The notes: generated by a model not told the origin, from the sequence alone. 63,852 bases of DNA, filler included, from Polymyxa betae A26-41 (GCA_003693705.1; 4 parts of 4 records of this genome joined end to end with filler, not necessarily neighbours in it); one strand, 5' to 3'. Positions 38,001 through 51,500 are shown, numbered from the whole stretch's first letter. Translations and numbers: made by a program.

Positions 38001-40395
38001 GTCTCGTGCAGCAGGCGCAGACCTCGGTAATACTGGTCGCTTGCCGATCGTGATCGCTGGCGCTCAACCCGCTAATAGAAACCCGAGATTCAGAAGCTCG
38101 TCCATCGCGTCTCGGGCTCGTTCGTCCCTGTCGTACTGGTGCTGGCGTTCGTCGCGTTCCTCGTCTGGATCTGCGTCACGTCGTTCACCGGCCTTGGTAC
38201 GCTGATGGCGTGTTGTCGCCTTCGCCGTTCGTTCTGATCGTCGTACAGTCCCGGTAGCATGGATGGAGTCGCAATCGCGCGTCCTGTTCTCGGCCTTGTT
38301 CGCCGTCAGCGTCCTCGTGATCGCCTGTCCGTGTGCGCTGGGGCTCGCCACCCCGACGGCCGTCATGGTCGCCACCGGGGTACGTACTCGCCCATCGCCC
38401 GATCGGCAACTGTTTGTTATCTCTCGTTTCGTTTTTTCAGCTGATTTGCGCGAGCGCTTCGCTGATTTGTGAAGGCTTTTGTCGTTGACGCTACAATATA
38501 AATTTTAATTTTTATAAATTAAAAAAAATGAGGGTTGCTGATCTTTCTGAATCGTGCAGGTTGGGGCGAAGAACGGTGTCTTGATTAAAGGCGGGCAGGT
38601 GCTAGAACAGGCGTCTGCCATCGACACGATCGTGTTCGACAAGACGGGGACGTTAACTGTCGGGAAGCCGACCGTGGTCGGGATCTTGACCAATGGGACC
38701 GTCCCGGCTGGCAGATTGGCCTGGCTTGCTGCTTCTTCCGGTAAAATCCATTTCTCCAATTTGTTTCTTTCCATACCTCAATAATGCTGGAACTTGGTGT
38801 CACTGTTTCTTACCCGTTCTGCTTTTCACGTTGGTGCTCTTTCTTCTTTTCACGTTTGTCTTTTTGCTATTCACGTTTGTGCTCTTTTTAACAGCTTCTT
38901 TCGTTGGTTTTGAGCTCTTCACTATTTCATATTCGATCTTTCTTTGAAGAAATTCACAGCTTACAGCGTTTTTCTTTGCTTTTCGGGCAATTAATCATTA
39001 TCACTGTAGAAACGGGCTCCGAGCACGTCCTAGGGCAGGCCATTGTACGATATGCAGAAGATCAAGGCCCCGACCTTGACGAATGGCCCGGCCCGGTCTC
39101 TGGCAACATCTCCGATTTCGTGATTCAGGCCGGTCATGGTATTAAATGCATCGTGGACGATTGCGAAGTCGTGATTGGCACTCAACGCTGGCTTCTGCAA
39201 CAGCAAGTCGAATTCAACGACAAGATCGACGTTTCCGCTTTCCCGAAGTCGGCAACGTTGGTGTTCGTTGGCGTCGATGGCCGGTATGCGGGCTGCTTCG
39301 GCATCGTTGATGCAATCCGCGATGAATCCGCCTCTGTCATTGAAGCGTTACGTGAACGTGGCGTTGAGGTCTGGATGGTGACAGGCGATTCCGAAGTCGT
39401 GGCGTTGGAGGCAGGCGCCCGTCTTGGTATCAAGAACATCGTGGCTGGCGCTTTACCTGCCGCCAAACATGCGAAAATCATCGAACTGCAGCAACAAGGC
39501 CGAAAGGTAATGCTGCCTATCAGTGCTTTTTCATTTCTGCATCATTTCACCATGTTAACTCAATCGATTTGTTTCCATTTCAGTTTCTGACAACTTTTTT
39601 CTCAGTTTTCTGACAATTTTTTCTGAGAATTTTTTATATTTTGATGCTTTCAATAGCTCTTCAATTCTTGATCCTGATTTCGTTATCAGGTCGCCGTCGT
39701 TGGCGATGGGATCAACGATTCTCCTGCCCTAGCGCAAGCCGACTGCGGTATCGCCATCGGTGCCGGTACAGGTTCGAATCGTTTCTCGTGTCCGTTTCCT
39801 GCTCGCTCACCACGCTCTGCAGATATCGCCATCGAAGCTGCCGATCTGGTTCTAATGCGTGATGACCTCACCGGCGTCGTCACCGCTTTAGACCTCTCTC
39901 GACGAACACTCCGAAAAATCAAACTCAATCTCCTGTACGTTTCTTTATCGAAATCTGCCTGGGCCTGTACGGGTCTATTTCATTTTTCTGCGATTTTCAG
40001 TTGGTTTTGCTCCTTACAGTTTACGACTGCCATGCTGGCCCAGGTTTCTGATCGATTTCTAATCATTGGTGCTTTATAGATGGGCGTTCCTATATAATGT
40101 ATTGGGCGTTCCTATAGCGGCCGGCGTTCTATATCCCCTGTTCCATGTTCGGTTTCCGCCCGAGCTTGCCGGCCTCGTCATGGCATTGTCGTCGGTCTGT
40201 GTCGTGACGTCGTCGTTGTTGCTGAACCGGTATAAACCGCCGGTATTGCCGTCAACAGAACTGAAGCCGGCTGCTGACGCCGACGACGACGTCCGTCTGG
40301 AAATTTTGGCCCAAGATCGGTGCTGCTCGTGCGTATCATGCAAATGTGGCGATCAATGTCAATGCAACATGAATTCCTGCTTCTGCGAAGCTTAA
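35029..40395 (+). CDS. ATP7: P1B-type copper-transporting ATPase (ATP7/CCC2/HMA5-like), multi-exon
   Basis: HMA motifs GMYCPNC and GMTCATC; [48 protein letters not shown] and MALSS motifs; Cys-rich C-terminal tail. Confidence 0.95.
35565..35990 (+). repeat. About 150-bp tandem repeat (about 3 copies) in intron 1 of the Cu-ATPase
   Basis: aaaaaacgcttca...gaaataatcatgctgagt...tcatgcctgatcta recurs at about 35568, 35721 and 35871. Confidence 0.9.
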
Positions 40396-41019
40396 TTATC
40401 AACTTGCTATCTATAATCTCCTCTTGATATCAAGATCATCAAATACAAATTCGCTTTAGACCATAAACTTTCTGGTCTCGTGGAACAGCGCTGGCCCTAA
40501 ACTTCACCACTTCAGAATTTAGAGCTATCGGATTCTGCTGGAAATGATAGGCTTTCAGCATACAAAGCGAATTGAGAACGGACTGAGTTAGCACTACTGG
40601 TTGCGATTTCCCCCAATAACAGATAGATCGTGAAACTGTTCAACCTTTCGTTAACATTGTTACGTCACTCGGCGTAGAATTGGATTATTAATTCTGTGAT
40701 CCTTCCATGAGTTACAAGTTGCATAGTATTGGATTGGATCAATCTTAAGCTGCAATCTCTGTTCATTATGTAATATCAAGTAAATTTCTTTCGAATGCAT
40801 TTCTGATCAGCAGATTTCCTGGAGCCTTACAGATCTGAACCGCACTAGACGCGGTTGAGAGAAAGTAAATGACATATTGCATGTCTGGTCGCATCGAACG
40901 GGTGCGGACACCGTCACGCATCAGGGTGAGGGTATGACGGTCACGCGGACCTTCGAAGTTCATGCGCTTTATCAGCTTGTGCCAAATCAGTTTGTGACAA
41001 TTGCTAAACAGTGGTCCGA

Positions 41020-41688
41020 ATGACAATGGCTTCAACCCAACTGATAGCCGATGCTATCGCGAGCGACCCCCAAGTCTGCCGTCTAACCCTCGAGCTCGAT
41101 CGTTTACGGGAGAAACGTCTTCAATATGTAGCCGCATTGAGCAGCCGTATCTCACAAATCCGAAACGGATTCCCTAATCAAGATCTACGGGAAGACCAAC
41201 AAACAGATTCCTTCAAAAAGCATCTTAGCAGCTTTCAGGCTCTAAATCGCGAGGAACGACAGAATCTTGTCATGGAGTGCTATGAGATTGACGAAGACGA
41301 CCAACTGGATATAATCCCGGATTTAAAGGCCCCGTTTCGTTCGATGTTGTCGGAGTTCGAGACAAAGATGGGCGATGAATTTCCCAAGGTGATGCTGATG
41401 CGATTAATCCAAATGTACCGTTGGATGAACACGTTCCGAAAGCGGTTCCAGAAGCCTGGAGCAGTTCCCAACTTCAAAGAAGCCCTACATATTGTGGGGA
41501 AATTCCTTGGCAAATCGGCCAGGATAATAGAAGACGACATCAGCTACGTGATGGAGACCAGGTCGAGAGGGTTGGGATTCAAGCTTGCACAGGTTATCGC
41601 TAAGAGGCAAAGCAGCCTTCAACGATCTCAGATTAGCATTGATAAGCCATCGGCATTTCGACCGATCCCTTCAGAAAAGTGTATTTAG
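41020..41688 (+). CDS. Hypothetical helical protein (222 aa), intronless
   Basis: Open ORF with protein-like composition between conserved genes. No recognisable domain. Confidence 0.65.
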   Translation: MTMASTQLIADAIASDPQVCRLTLELDRLREKRLQYVAALSSRISQIRNGFPNQDLREDQQTDSFKKHLSSFQALNREERQNLVMECYEIDEDDQLDIIPDLKAPFRSMLSEFETKMGDEFPKVMLMRLIQMYRWMNTFRKRFQKPGAVPNFKEALHIVGKFLGKSARIIEDDISYVMETRSRGLGFKLAQVIAKRQSSLQRSQISIDKPSAFRPIPSEKCI

Positions 41689-44385
41689 AAAGCATCAACG
41701 CTGACAATTAAAGGCGGCTCGAATGGCTTGTTGGTCTTCCTGTCAACCTTGAGGTTCTCAATTGTCGTGACGATATCCATTCCTTTAACAACACGACCAA
41801 ATACAGTATGCTTGTTGTCCAGCCAAGGGCATGCGACCGTTGTAATAAAGAACTATATAAAAACTGATTAAAAACATGGTCTGACGCGGCAAAGCATTTA
41901 CAAACCTGCGATCCATTCGTATTAGGGCCAGCGTTTGCTGAAGATAGAATGCCCGGGCGATCATGACGAAGCGAACGATGGAATTCATCCTATTGGCCAA
42001 ATAAGCCAAAACATAAAACGAAACGATGCTGAGTGGTTACTTCAAAATCGTGACCCCAAATCGATTCTCCACCTGTGCCATCCCCAAGAGGATCTCCAGT
42101 CTGAACCATGAAACTATAAAAGCCATGGTTAGATTGAAAGACTGACGACAAAGGCTTCATACTTCTTTATGACACGATGGAATATGACGCTGTTGTAGTA
42201 CCCGTTTTTAGCATGAGTCTGAAACAGAGAAATAAGCAACGATCTTAAAGCTAAGCAATTGACTAACGGTGAAGTTCTCGACAGTTTTGGGACATTCTCT
42301 TGGGAAAAGTTTCACGTGGATATCACCAATGTTCGTGTGAATAACTGCATTCTGAGGCAGAGCGTCGTGCAAAGAGCTAATCGGTTTGTGCACGTCGTGA
42401 AGCTTCGGCTTTTCGCAGAGGATGTCGCGAATCCCGAAGTCAGAGGGTTCACGATTCGAAAATACACAGAATTTTGCCTAAACAATGCCATGCGTTAGAT
42501 CAAGAAGAGAAAGCCCGATGTTTTACAACCTGCTTGAAAACAGTGGCAATAATGACAGGATCTTCAGTCTCCTCAGCGATCGCACTGTGTGAAACGACTT
42601 TGGCTGCAGAAAGAGCTGCAACTGCAGAGACATCGGCACGCATTGGAACACCTTGAAATAAGGCGAGGCCTACGAAGCGATTCCCAGATTCCGATTTTCC
42701 AAGAACCCTCAAAAGATCCCCCTAATAGAGCCAAAAGATATTAAACAGCAATTATAATGAGCAACAGCGAGTTTATACCGATTCCACAGAGCGAATTAGG
42801 ATGCCAAACATTGTGGCATAAAGCAGCAATTCGCCAGTTTCATCAAAAACAGGATTAGGATGGGGGTTCGATTCTCCAATTAAATCGTTGCCAAGGGTTT
42901 TCTGAAACTCGCGTTCGGATGCCGCTCGTTTACCGAACTCCATCATATCCACTCTGATACGTTCATCAATAGGCATGACGAAAAGAATGAAGATCGAGGA
43001 AGTTAAAAATTAGCGGTGAAAATAGCGACTGATAAACTATCAAAAGGGCAATTAGCAAGCTTGAAAAAAGCAAATACTTGAAGGCCTCTGGATCAGCTTT
43101 GTCTAAGGATTCGTCCCATGATCGAATCAATTTGCCAGTAACAAAGTCAAAGAGCGAAATGATTTGGTCCTAAGAATCTCGTCATGAATATCCAGACAGA
43201 TATGAAGGACAAATCGGATACCTGAGCTGAAACAGCCATCATTTTGCCGTTCCTGGAAAACCCGATTCCGAGGGGGACTGTCTTACGAATCTGGAATTCG
43301 TAGTAGCTTGTCATTGCCTTCATTTGCCATTGCAAAGAGGAAGGTACTGGAGGAATCTCGTCTTCTCCACAGTTTAAAGATAAATCGTCGCAAGACCAAA
43401 CTTCAAGAGCACCAGAATCATCGACACTAACGCAGCAGTTGAAAACCTGGTAAATTATGAGTAAAGCGTTCGTGCAGATAATTCAAGGACGCTGGAAAGC
43501 TAAGAGTTTCACATACCGAATTATATTCCATCAGAATAACAGGAGTTTGATGGAGGGATTTGAAAATCCTGACTGGTTTATAAGATTCGGCATCAGCGCG
43601 AAGAATGACAATCTGCGATGAGCCTTTGTCTGCAACAGCCAAAAGCTGTCCAGCAGAGCTCGAGCTAGATCCAAAACGTACTGTTGTCGGAAAGAAGGGC
43701 AATCTGCAGAAAAGTTTCAGCCTCAACAATAAACAAAAGTAGTAGCGGCATACTTAATCACGTTAATCATGTCGAAGTTCACAACATCAAACACTTTGAT
43801 GGTTTCGTCTCCAGCAGAAGCAGCCAGAGTCCCATCGTGTGAAACACAAAGGCCAGTGATTGGGCGAGTATGGGCAAGGAATCTCTTGATAAACTCGATA
43901 CCATTATTTGTTTTCTAAAAAACAAGAGTTAATCATTGTCAAGTAAAAGGTAAGGAATTTAGCTTAAACCGAGAATCATTAAAAGCATAAAGCAGGGAAA
44001 AAGCTCTATACGCGTTGAAAGATTCTATATGTGGTTAGGAAACTAAAAAAGATGATGTTGGCAAAGGCGACTATACTGCAAACGAAGAGATTTTCAGATT
44101 TACCTTCCAAAATTTGATCTGGCCAAGTTTATCAGCTGTAACCAAAAAATCGTTCTGCGTAAACAGCGCTTTCGTGACGACATCCACATGAGAGAACGAC
44201 TTTTCATATCGTGAAGCAGCAGGCAACCGCTGAGCCGACAAGGGCAGAGCTGACGCCTCCTGTCTCACATCGTTCTCTTCGTGCTCATCATCAATACGAG
44301 CCCTCTTTGCTACTGGCGACTGGCCTTGCTCCTCACTAGCCGATGACAGCGACCGCTCGTCAGAATCGTCGTCCGACGCCGACAT
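41685..44385 (-). CDS. PPWD1: WD40-repeat cyclophilin (peptidylprolyl isomerase domain and WD repeat protein 1 / CYP71), multi-exon
   Basis: [17 protein letters not shown]...[84 protein letters not shown]. Confidence 0.95.
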
Positions 44386-44830
44386 CGCTGACGAAGAATG
44401 AGCTCCGTGAGCGCAATCACCTCACTTCTTTTGTAAAGCAATTAAGCAACATCTCTATAACGACAATAATAGTGAGCGCAATCATTTCACTTCTCTTTGT
44501 TTTCTTTAGCTATCAAGCAACATCTCTATAACGACAATAATACTGAGCGTTTCATTTCTCTTTTTGCTTAGATAGCAACCAGTATCGCTATAGCCTCAAC
44601 TGTCATCGGAGGCGATTTCTCACCTGTTATGCATCGGCGTCTGAGCAATCACTCTTACACTTGAAACTGGGCTAATGCGATTTTGTTTTTTTTTTCATCA
44701 GACACCGAATCAATGTGGCCGACCTCTCTTCAGATTCAGTTAAGGCGTACAGATTGTATTTTTTGGATTAGTTGTTGTTTTGTTTTCTGATCTGATTCAA
44801 TTATGACTGGGGTTTACAGTAATAGATCAT

Positions 44831-45601
44831 CTATTGGATTATGGATTCCATTTTGTCGATGGCGCTCTTAGCTCGTCTTAAATGCTTGGCGAACTCATTC
44901 CGATTCGGCAAGGTGTCGGTGTCAAATTCATGCAAGAGAAGATGCCGATATTCGCAGATGTATTCAAAGCTTTCTCTTGCTGGAAGATCGTCCACCTGCA
45001 GCCACTTCTTCAGCGATCGTCTCTCTCGCGCTTTCGGCGCTAGATCGTTTTCTAGGCCTTTGATGGATCTAACGACATAGACGATATCGTTATCTCGTTT
45101 CGCTCGAAGACGAACTATTTCGGCATAGAATTCGTCAACCTGAACTCGTAATTCTTCTAGCTGCGAAAACCTGCATTTCTGTCGTAATTCCTCAAGTTGT
45201 TCCGAAGATGTGACCGCCTCTGTTTTCAGCTTGCGAAGCTTCTCCCGAAACGTCCTGACGCGAGCTTTCTCTTGCGATAGTTTTGCAAAAATCGGCGATT
45301 TCTCTTGAAGAGCCGCTTCGACTTCCAGATCCTTCTTGCATAATTTAGCATCTCGAAAGCTAACTGCGTTTTGTAGCTGGCGATTCAGCTTCTGTGCTCG
45401 AACCAATTGCTTCTTGAGTCGGCGAATTTCATTCAAGCTGCTATCGTCTCCTGTGAAGGACTTTGGTCGGACGCCTGGGATTGAAGGGATTTTCTTCAGT
45501 AATGGAGCCGAAGCTGTCACAGGCGATTGTCGAAGCGTTTTGGACGTCTTTGGCCGCTTCGGTAGTGTCCGAAGAACGGCGTCAAGTTCGGAAAGGTTCA
45601 T
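44831..45601 (-). CDS. Coiled-coil protein, possibly IQCE/lebercilin-like
   Basis: Long heptad region. SQLEELRVQVDEFYAEIVRLR resembles, from memory, the IQCE-type motif (LEEMRI..ETYYEEVHRL). Confidence 0.6.
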   Translation of the reverse strand: MNLSELDAVLRTLPKRPKTSKTLRQSPVTASAPLLKKIPSIPGVRPKSFTGDDSSLNEIRRLKKQLVRAQKLNRQLQNAVSFRDAKLCKKDLEVEAALQEKSPIFAKLSQEKARVRTFREKLRKLKTEAVTSSEQLEELRQKCRFSQLEELRVQVDEFYAEIVRLRAKRDNDIVYVVRSIKGLENDLAPKARERRSLKKWLQVDDLPARESFEYICEYRHLLLHEFDTDTLPNRNEFAKHLRRAKSAIDKMESIIQ

Positions 45602-45979
45602 CTCTGAGCAAACGCAATCACTGCACGCGACCAAGATATTTCAAAAAAAAAATCGAAATCTCATTTCACTTTAAACCTAATCGAATGGAAACCATGCAGA
45701 GCCCCCTTCGTTAAGGCATCAAACAAATATTCGAGAAGCTCGATTTCCTGTTGCTGACTGAAAGCGAATTTGGGGTGGTATAGAGGCTAGTACTACCACC
45801 CATTCGCTAAGGATAACTGACGCGCCTCTTGACAACGATTCGCAAACTAACCGGTAGGAGCGATCTTCGAGGCGAACTCTGCATTTCCATTTGCTACTTG
45901 ACGGAACAGCTCAGGTAATGTACTTTATTAAGGCTCTATCCATTTTCTTCATTTTGAGATTCTTTCAGCATCGTGCTGG

Positions 45980-46050
45980 CTTCCTGATTATGCACAATCT
46001 GATGGTTTCATGATTATGCACAATTTGATGGTTTCCTGATTATGCACAGT
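45980..46050 (+). repeat. Three short tandem copies of TGATTATGCACAAT.TGATGGTTTC
   Basis: Directly visible, just after a GT-AG intron-like segment (45915-45969). Confidence 0.8.
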
Positions 46051-46949
46051 CTTTACAGGCTAGTGCTGTTTGCTATTCTTCAATGCCGTGTTTTCCAGCT
46101 CTGTGACCCTTGAGATCGTTGTTTCCGAGCTTCTCATATGGCTTTCTATTAAACTCCGTATCAAGGCCGTGGTTCTCTCCCAGATGATGCTTGATGAAGA
46201 TGGGACTCGCTAGTCTACAGCGCCTCTTTGCTGATCTATTGCAGTAATGGAAGAATCGCTTTCTTGTTTCCATCAGGGTCTTGAGAACTCAGGACAATCA
46301 ATGGGTTTAATGCGCTCTCTCCTTGTTTATGATTCTGCTTATCGTCATATCATGGCCGTGTATTTCGAAAACTGTTGACAAAGTTGAGTTGCTTTCTGGC
46401 GGGTCGCTAGTCGTTGTTATGCTACTGAATGTAGAGATGTGAGCTTGGTGAGATCAATAGCACAATGGTTTTGTTATTGATATTTAAGGACATGACAAAG
46501 AGGAGAACAGGAGATCGCAATCGAGGGCACACTGACTAGGTGGTCATGCGCCACCATCACGAAATGCATCCATCAAGTTACATCAACAGTCGTCACCTTA
46601 GTTCTAGGTCTAAAGGAGCCTTGTCGTCAGTGTTGGCGACGTTCGGCAGCATATTCGACGCTAATTATGTAATTTTTGCTTGTTAAAAAGGCTGTCTTTC
46701 AACTACTCTATCTGAGTGCCGAAAACCTTTTCGCACAACACATCAAACCTAATGCAACTGTTGGCCATCTTATCGGCCAGCCTATTGCAATCTTAATTGC
46801 TAATTTGGCGTGCGTCAAGGTTACAAACTCATGTATCAGTTTATCATTTGAAAATATTCGAGTCTCAATGTGTATAGTGGATTTAAATTGATATCTCTTC
46901 TCATACACAACAATATCTAGATATGAGTTTCCTGCTTTTTCAACTTTCT

Positions 46950-47400
46950 GAATTCGTTCAACAATCTCCCGTTTGGGCTTCCCACTCAGCTATTTCTGTC
47001 CTGCATAACGATCCCAGCAAACGTTCCTGCATTTAATAAACTCTGCTAATGCGCATAGCGAGGCTTAAGCGACCGAACGCACCACCTGCGTCTGAATCCT
47101 CATCGGACGTCACAATACTCCCTCAAGAAAAAACAATCCAAGTTGGATCAAAACGAATGAATGCAAGCCTCCTTTTCATCTATCAACGACTGCTGCCTCG
47201 ATCTTGTCGTTACAAGTTTCAACCATGATTGATGGATGACGATCAACGAAATCCGGATGAATGGGTGCGTAGATGGAGAGACCCATCGGTCTTTTCACGG
47301 TCGAAGTGAAGCGATTCCCCAGATGCGAGAATCTGAACATCTCGTTTGCATATTTGCTATAAACAAAAGCCTGCACTTTCTAAGTGTTTTTAATTCTCTC
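46950..47400 (-). pseudogene. Probable MULE transposase relic
   Basis: YANEMFRFSHLGNRFTSTV resembles the MULE HxGNxTTSRVE region. Heavily disrupted. Confidence 0.35.
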
Positions 47401-47888
47401 TTCCCTTATCTATTGTGCATTCATCCTGCATCAAATAGGGTCGTCCACAAATAAACCCTAACCCTAATTCATTTCCGGTGGCTGTCTATTTCTGCCAGAA
47501 GCGCCGGAACCGAAATTCCTCTGACAAATTCAGGCAGGGAAAACCTACCCTCGAATTAAATAGGGTTTAGGGTTTGTGGCAGTCGCATTATTTCACAGTA
47601 TCCAACCAAATGGTTAGCAGCTAGTCAGATTGTAAAGGCTAAAGAAACTATTGATGGTCCATACAAGAGGCTCTGGAGAGCAGTATCAATCAACGACTCA
47701 CATTGGAATCTATGAGGATATGACGACCTCACTGTCTCTAAGAGCTATCACGGAATTATTGAATAAACAATGTTATGGATATCGATTGAAAGCATGTAAA
47801 AACATGGTAGCAGACAGGGAATTGTGTATTTGAATTGAAAGCTTATGAGGATCATAGAGTAAGCTTGAAGACTGAATTTAGTGTTGGA

Positions 47889-48313
47889 TCATTTGTGGCC
47901 GTGCGCTGGAGCAGCTCCTTTCTTCTCTTTAGAGCTTGAATCTTTCCAACATAAGAAATAGCCAACGACTAAAAAGACCGCAAAAATAATGCCCACAACA
48001 ACAACAACAACAAGTCTTGTCGGGTCAAAGAAGACCGCACTAGAAGCCGAATCCTGGGTAGCAGGCCAATCTTGAGGTCCTTGAGGAGTTCCAAAAGGGA
48101 AATTCATATTTGGAATAGGTGATGGAAAACATGAAGGATCTACACACCTTTGATTCGGATCAAATTGCTGTAACAAACGTCCCCTGGAAACAAACACCGA
48201 TCAAAGGTCCGTGAGACAGGCCAGAATCACCCAGCTTACAGAGCAGGGACAGATCCGTGGTTCATGGTCAGAGCCAGTATGGAGATCAGCAAGGAGACAG
48301 AGGTGGGATCCAT
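47889..48313 (-). CDS. Small secreted type I membrane protein, 2 exons (48313-48240, 48183-47889), RxLxQ motif
   Basis: Spliced product MDPTSVSLLISILALTMNHGSVPALGRLLQQ...VVVVVVGIIFAVFLVVGYFLCWK (122 aa), with a 56-nt phase-2 GT-AG intron. Paralog at 54479-54858. Confidence 0.75.
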
Positions 48314-48579
48314 TGATGATGATGAAATCAGAATGACGGCGGCAGGGTGGGAGGCGGCCGGTACCGGCGTCCGCGGACTCTCAGCTCACCTAGTATACGG
48401 ATGAGCCAGTCGCGCTCATTGTTCTTCAGTAGTCGCAGACACGCACTGTGACACTGAGTGGGGGTGTTAAAAATAGCGCCATTCAGCTCATCCGTTCTCC
48501 TCACATCGTTATGGATTTCAATGTGAAAAATATTCGAGTGATACAGATCACTCTGAAAAGTGCGTGAAACCCTAACGTC

Positions 48580-51500
48580 TCTTTGTCGGGAGGGTGGTCG
48601 TGAGCGACGATCCGATCTGGGCGACGACGCATACACGCGCTGGGGTCCACCGTTTGGAGATGGCATGTTAGCTACAGTCTCTCTACTGATCCCGCTGACG
48701 ATAGTCGAGCGGGCATAGAGAGGCCCCGCCCTGACGCTATCAGGCCCGACCTTCATGGTAATGCCCAGAAGGCGGCCTCTTTAGCGGCGGTGATCAGGAC
48801 TGGACGAATCTCGGCTCGGCTCCAGTTCAGTTTATATGGCCCATTGATTTGCTCAGCAAATCATGGTCATGGACTCGCTAAAAAGCTACCCTTCCACTCA
48901 TACACTCAATAGTTTCAAAAATCACGAATTTCAACACCTCATATAGATTGGATGAAACGTCCGAGAACACCGCGATATTTTACAACAAATTTACTAGTAG
49001 CACAGATCCCAAATAGTAATTCCATTCACAGATACGGAAAAGCACAACCAGGTAAATCATTCATCAAAAATTCTAATAAAATTAAACCAGCAAGAAATCA
49101 AGATCGCCATAAATTAGATCCAGACAAAGAAGAGTCGCGAGTTCAATCTGTACAGACAGCATCAAAAACGGACCACAGTCCCAGCTACATGTGGACAAAT
49201 CCAAGAGCGGAAGAAGCTAAAGATACAATATTTCGGCTACCACCGCCCGGTAATGGAAACCACCGACAGACAAATATAACGGACTATTTCACGAGACCGA
49301 ATAGATCAACTGAAAACAGCAGTATTGAAGATCCCCATTGCTCAAATGAATTCGATCAAAATGCTGATAAAACTCAGAGTAGCACCAATTGTACACTGAA
49401 GATCCTACAATGGAATGCATGCTCCCTCAACGCAGAGAACAGATTGCAGCTCGGACTACTGGTCATAGCAGAAGCACGAAAGGCCTTCAGGAAAACTTTT
49501 AAGAAATGCAAAAAAGAGTACAATATTAATCAGGTCAAAATAGCATGCGAAGATCCAACTGGCGCAGAATTCTACAAACTAATTAAGCAAATAGAACCAC
49601 AGCTCAACCAAAAAAGGAGGCAAAATGTCGTCCACCATGAACAGGCCAACGCAGAAGCTGAAACCATCGCACAGAAATTCGAAATAATCTTTGGACAAAA
49701 TGACGTTAAACCCTCACCACCGGAACAAAATTAGCTAGAAATCAACCTCGAAGCAATTAAAACTGAAATTTTAAGCGAAGAAAACCCGAATTCATCATGC
49801 GAGAATTAGAACAGGCAATCCGTAGAGCCAACGTAAAATCCTCAAAAGGCCCCGATGGAATATCTAATAAGCTCATCAAACTAGCATGCGAAGAAACTGA
49901 ATTCGCAGAGTTCATTTTGCAAGCTATAAACAACCAAATTTTTGAGCAAAAAAGATACCCAAAAAGGCTCAAAGCAGCGCCCATTGTACCGCTGCCCAAG
50001 CCGAAACCAGGGGAATACCGACCCATCCGTTTGTTACCGAACTATCCAAATTAGTCGAATACATGATACAAATACGAATGAGAGAAATCGTAGAAAAGAA
50101 ACTTCCACCTCAGCAGTTCGGATGCTGACAGGACATTCAACATCGCAAGCATTGAAGCGGCTGTTACACTATTCAGGAATTGCAACAGGATCTGATAATC
50201 AATTCGGCGCAATCCTCTACGACTTCACGAACGCATTTGACAGGGTACCGAAACACATCTTTTTAAAAAAAATGATCAAATTACGGATCCCAGCATACCT
50301 TATCAACATTGTTTACGACTGGTTGACAGATCGAACTTTTACTGTAACATATAGAGGACACGAAATACAGCCCAGACAACAAGAAAATGGCATTCCACAG
50401 GGATCCAGCCTCAGCGTCCTTTTATGGCTGATCTTTGTCTACGACATCCCCCTAAACAAAATGAGCTTAAACTCATACGTAGATGGTACGATTGGCAGGG
50501 CCATCAAATCCGAGAAAGATCATGTACAAAGAACTTTGCGTTACCAATTAGCCAGGATGGTCCGTTGGTGTGCCAAAAATAGAATCAAAATCAATGCATA
50601 CCAAACCCATGTCAAATTTAATGAAAACCATCCTAAAGACTGCATTAGATTCAATGGTATGAAGATAAAAACCGCGAAATCAGAAAATATCTGGGAGCGG
50701 AAATTGTCGCAAACAAAGCCAAAAACAACTCAACATTTTTAATACGAACAGACAAAGTCGCTAAAGAGATCATTAAAAGATGTAAAATCATCAAGCGAAT
50801 TCGTTGATACAGAATTCCTGACAATGTCTTTCAACAAGCCAGCCATGCTTTCATAGGAGGCATGTTTAATTACTATATTTCTTCGTTGGGAGGTGAAACT
50901 GCCATCAAAACAACGATAAAGCCTCTTGAGCTCGCATATAAAGAATACATGAGAACATTTCCAGGATGTATGAGATCAACTCCAATCCCTCTACTTCACG
51001 CAATCTCAAAATTTCCCCTTCTTTTGGATACGATACTCACAGATTCTGCCCTCACAGTAATAAAAGCCGAAGCACAAGGAAACTTGTTAGGAAAAGACTA
51101 CCGCGAATGGGACAAACAAGGGTGCAAAGTCGATGGTTGGGCGCCTTTTGGACGAGTCAGATACGCACTGGAACGAACAATAGCAAAGAAATTCGACTCT
51201 AGAATTCACACACAGCAAATCATTAAGTCGCAAACCCTGGAATCGTTAAATAAGTGTAAATTTTATATGCATACACGTGAATCTGCCCTCGAATTACATC
51301 GAAATGGACTCCTAATCCCAGAACATACAGATATTGAGATATGGACAGATGGAAGCCTAACCCGACATAGACGCGGGAATGGCGAAGAAGTCGTTCTAAC
51401 CGGAGCAGCTGCGATAGTTCACATTTCAAATTGGGAAGACCATGATGAGATCTTGGAGCACTCCATCAAAAAAACTTTACAAATAGAAAACGCTGTATCG

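Noticed and set aside
48695-48712. Hammerhead ribozyme core CTGACGA
   Set aside because: No stem II followed by GAAA in the required position.
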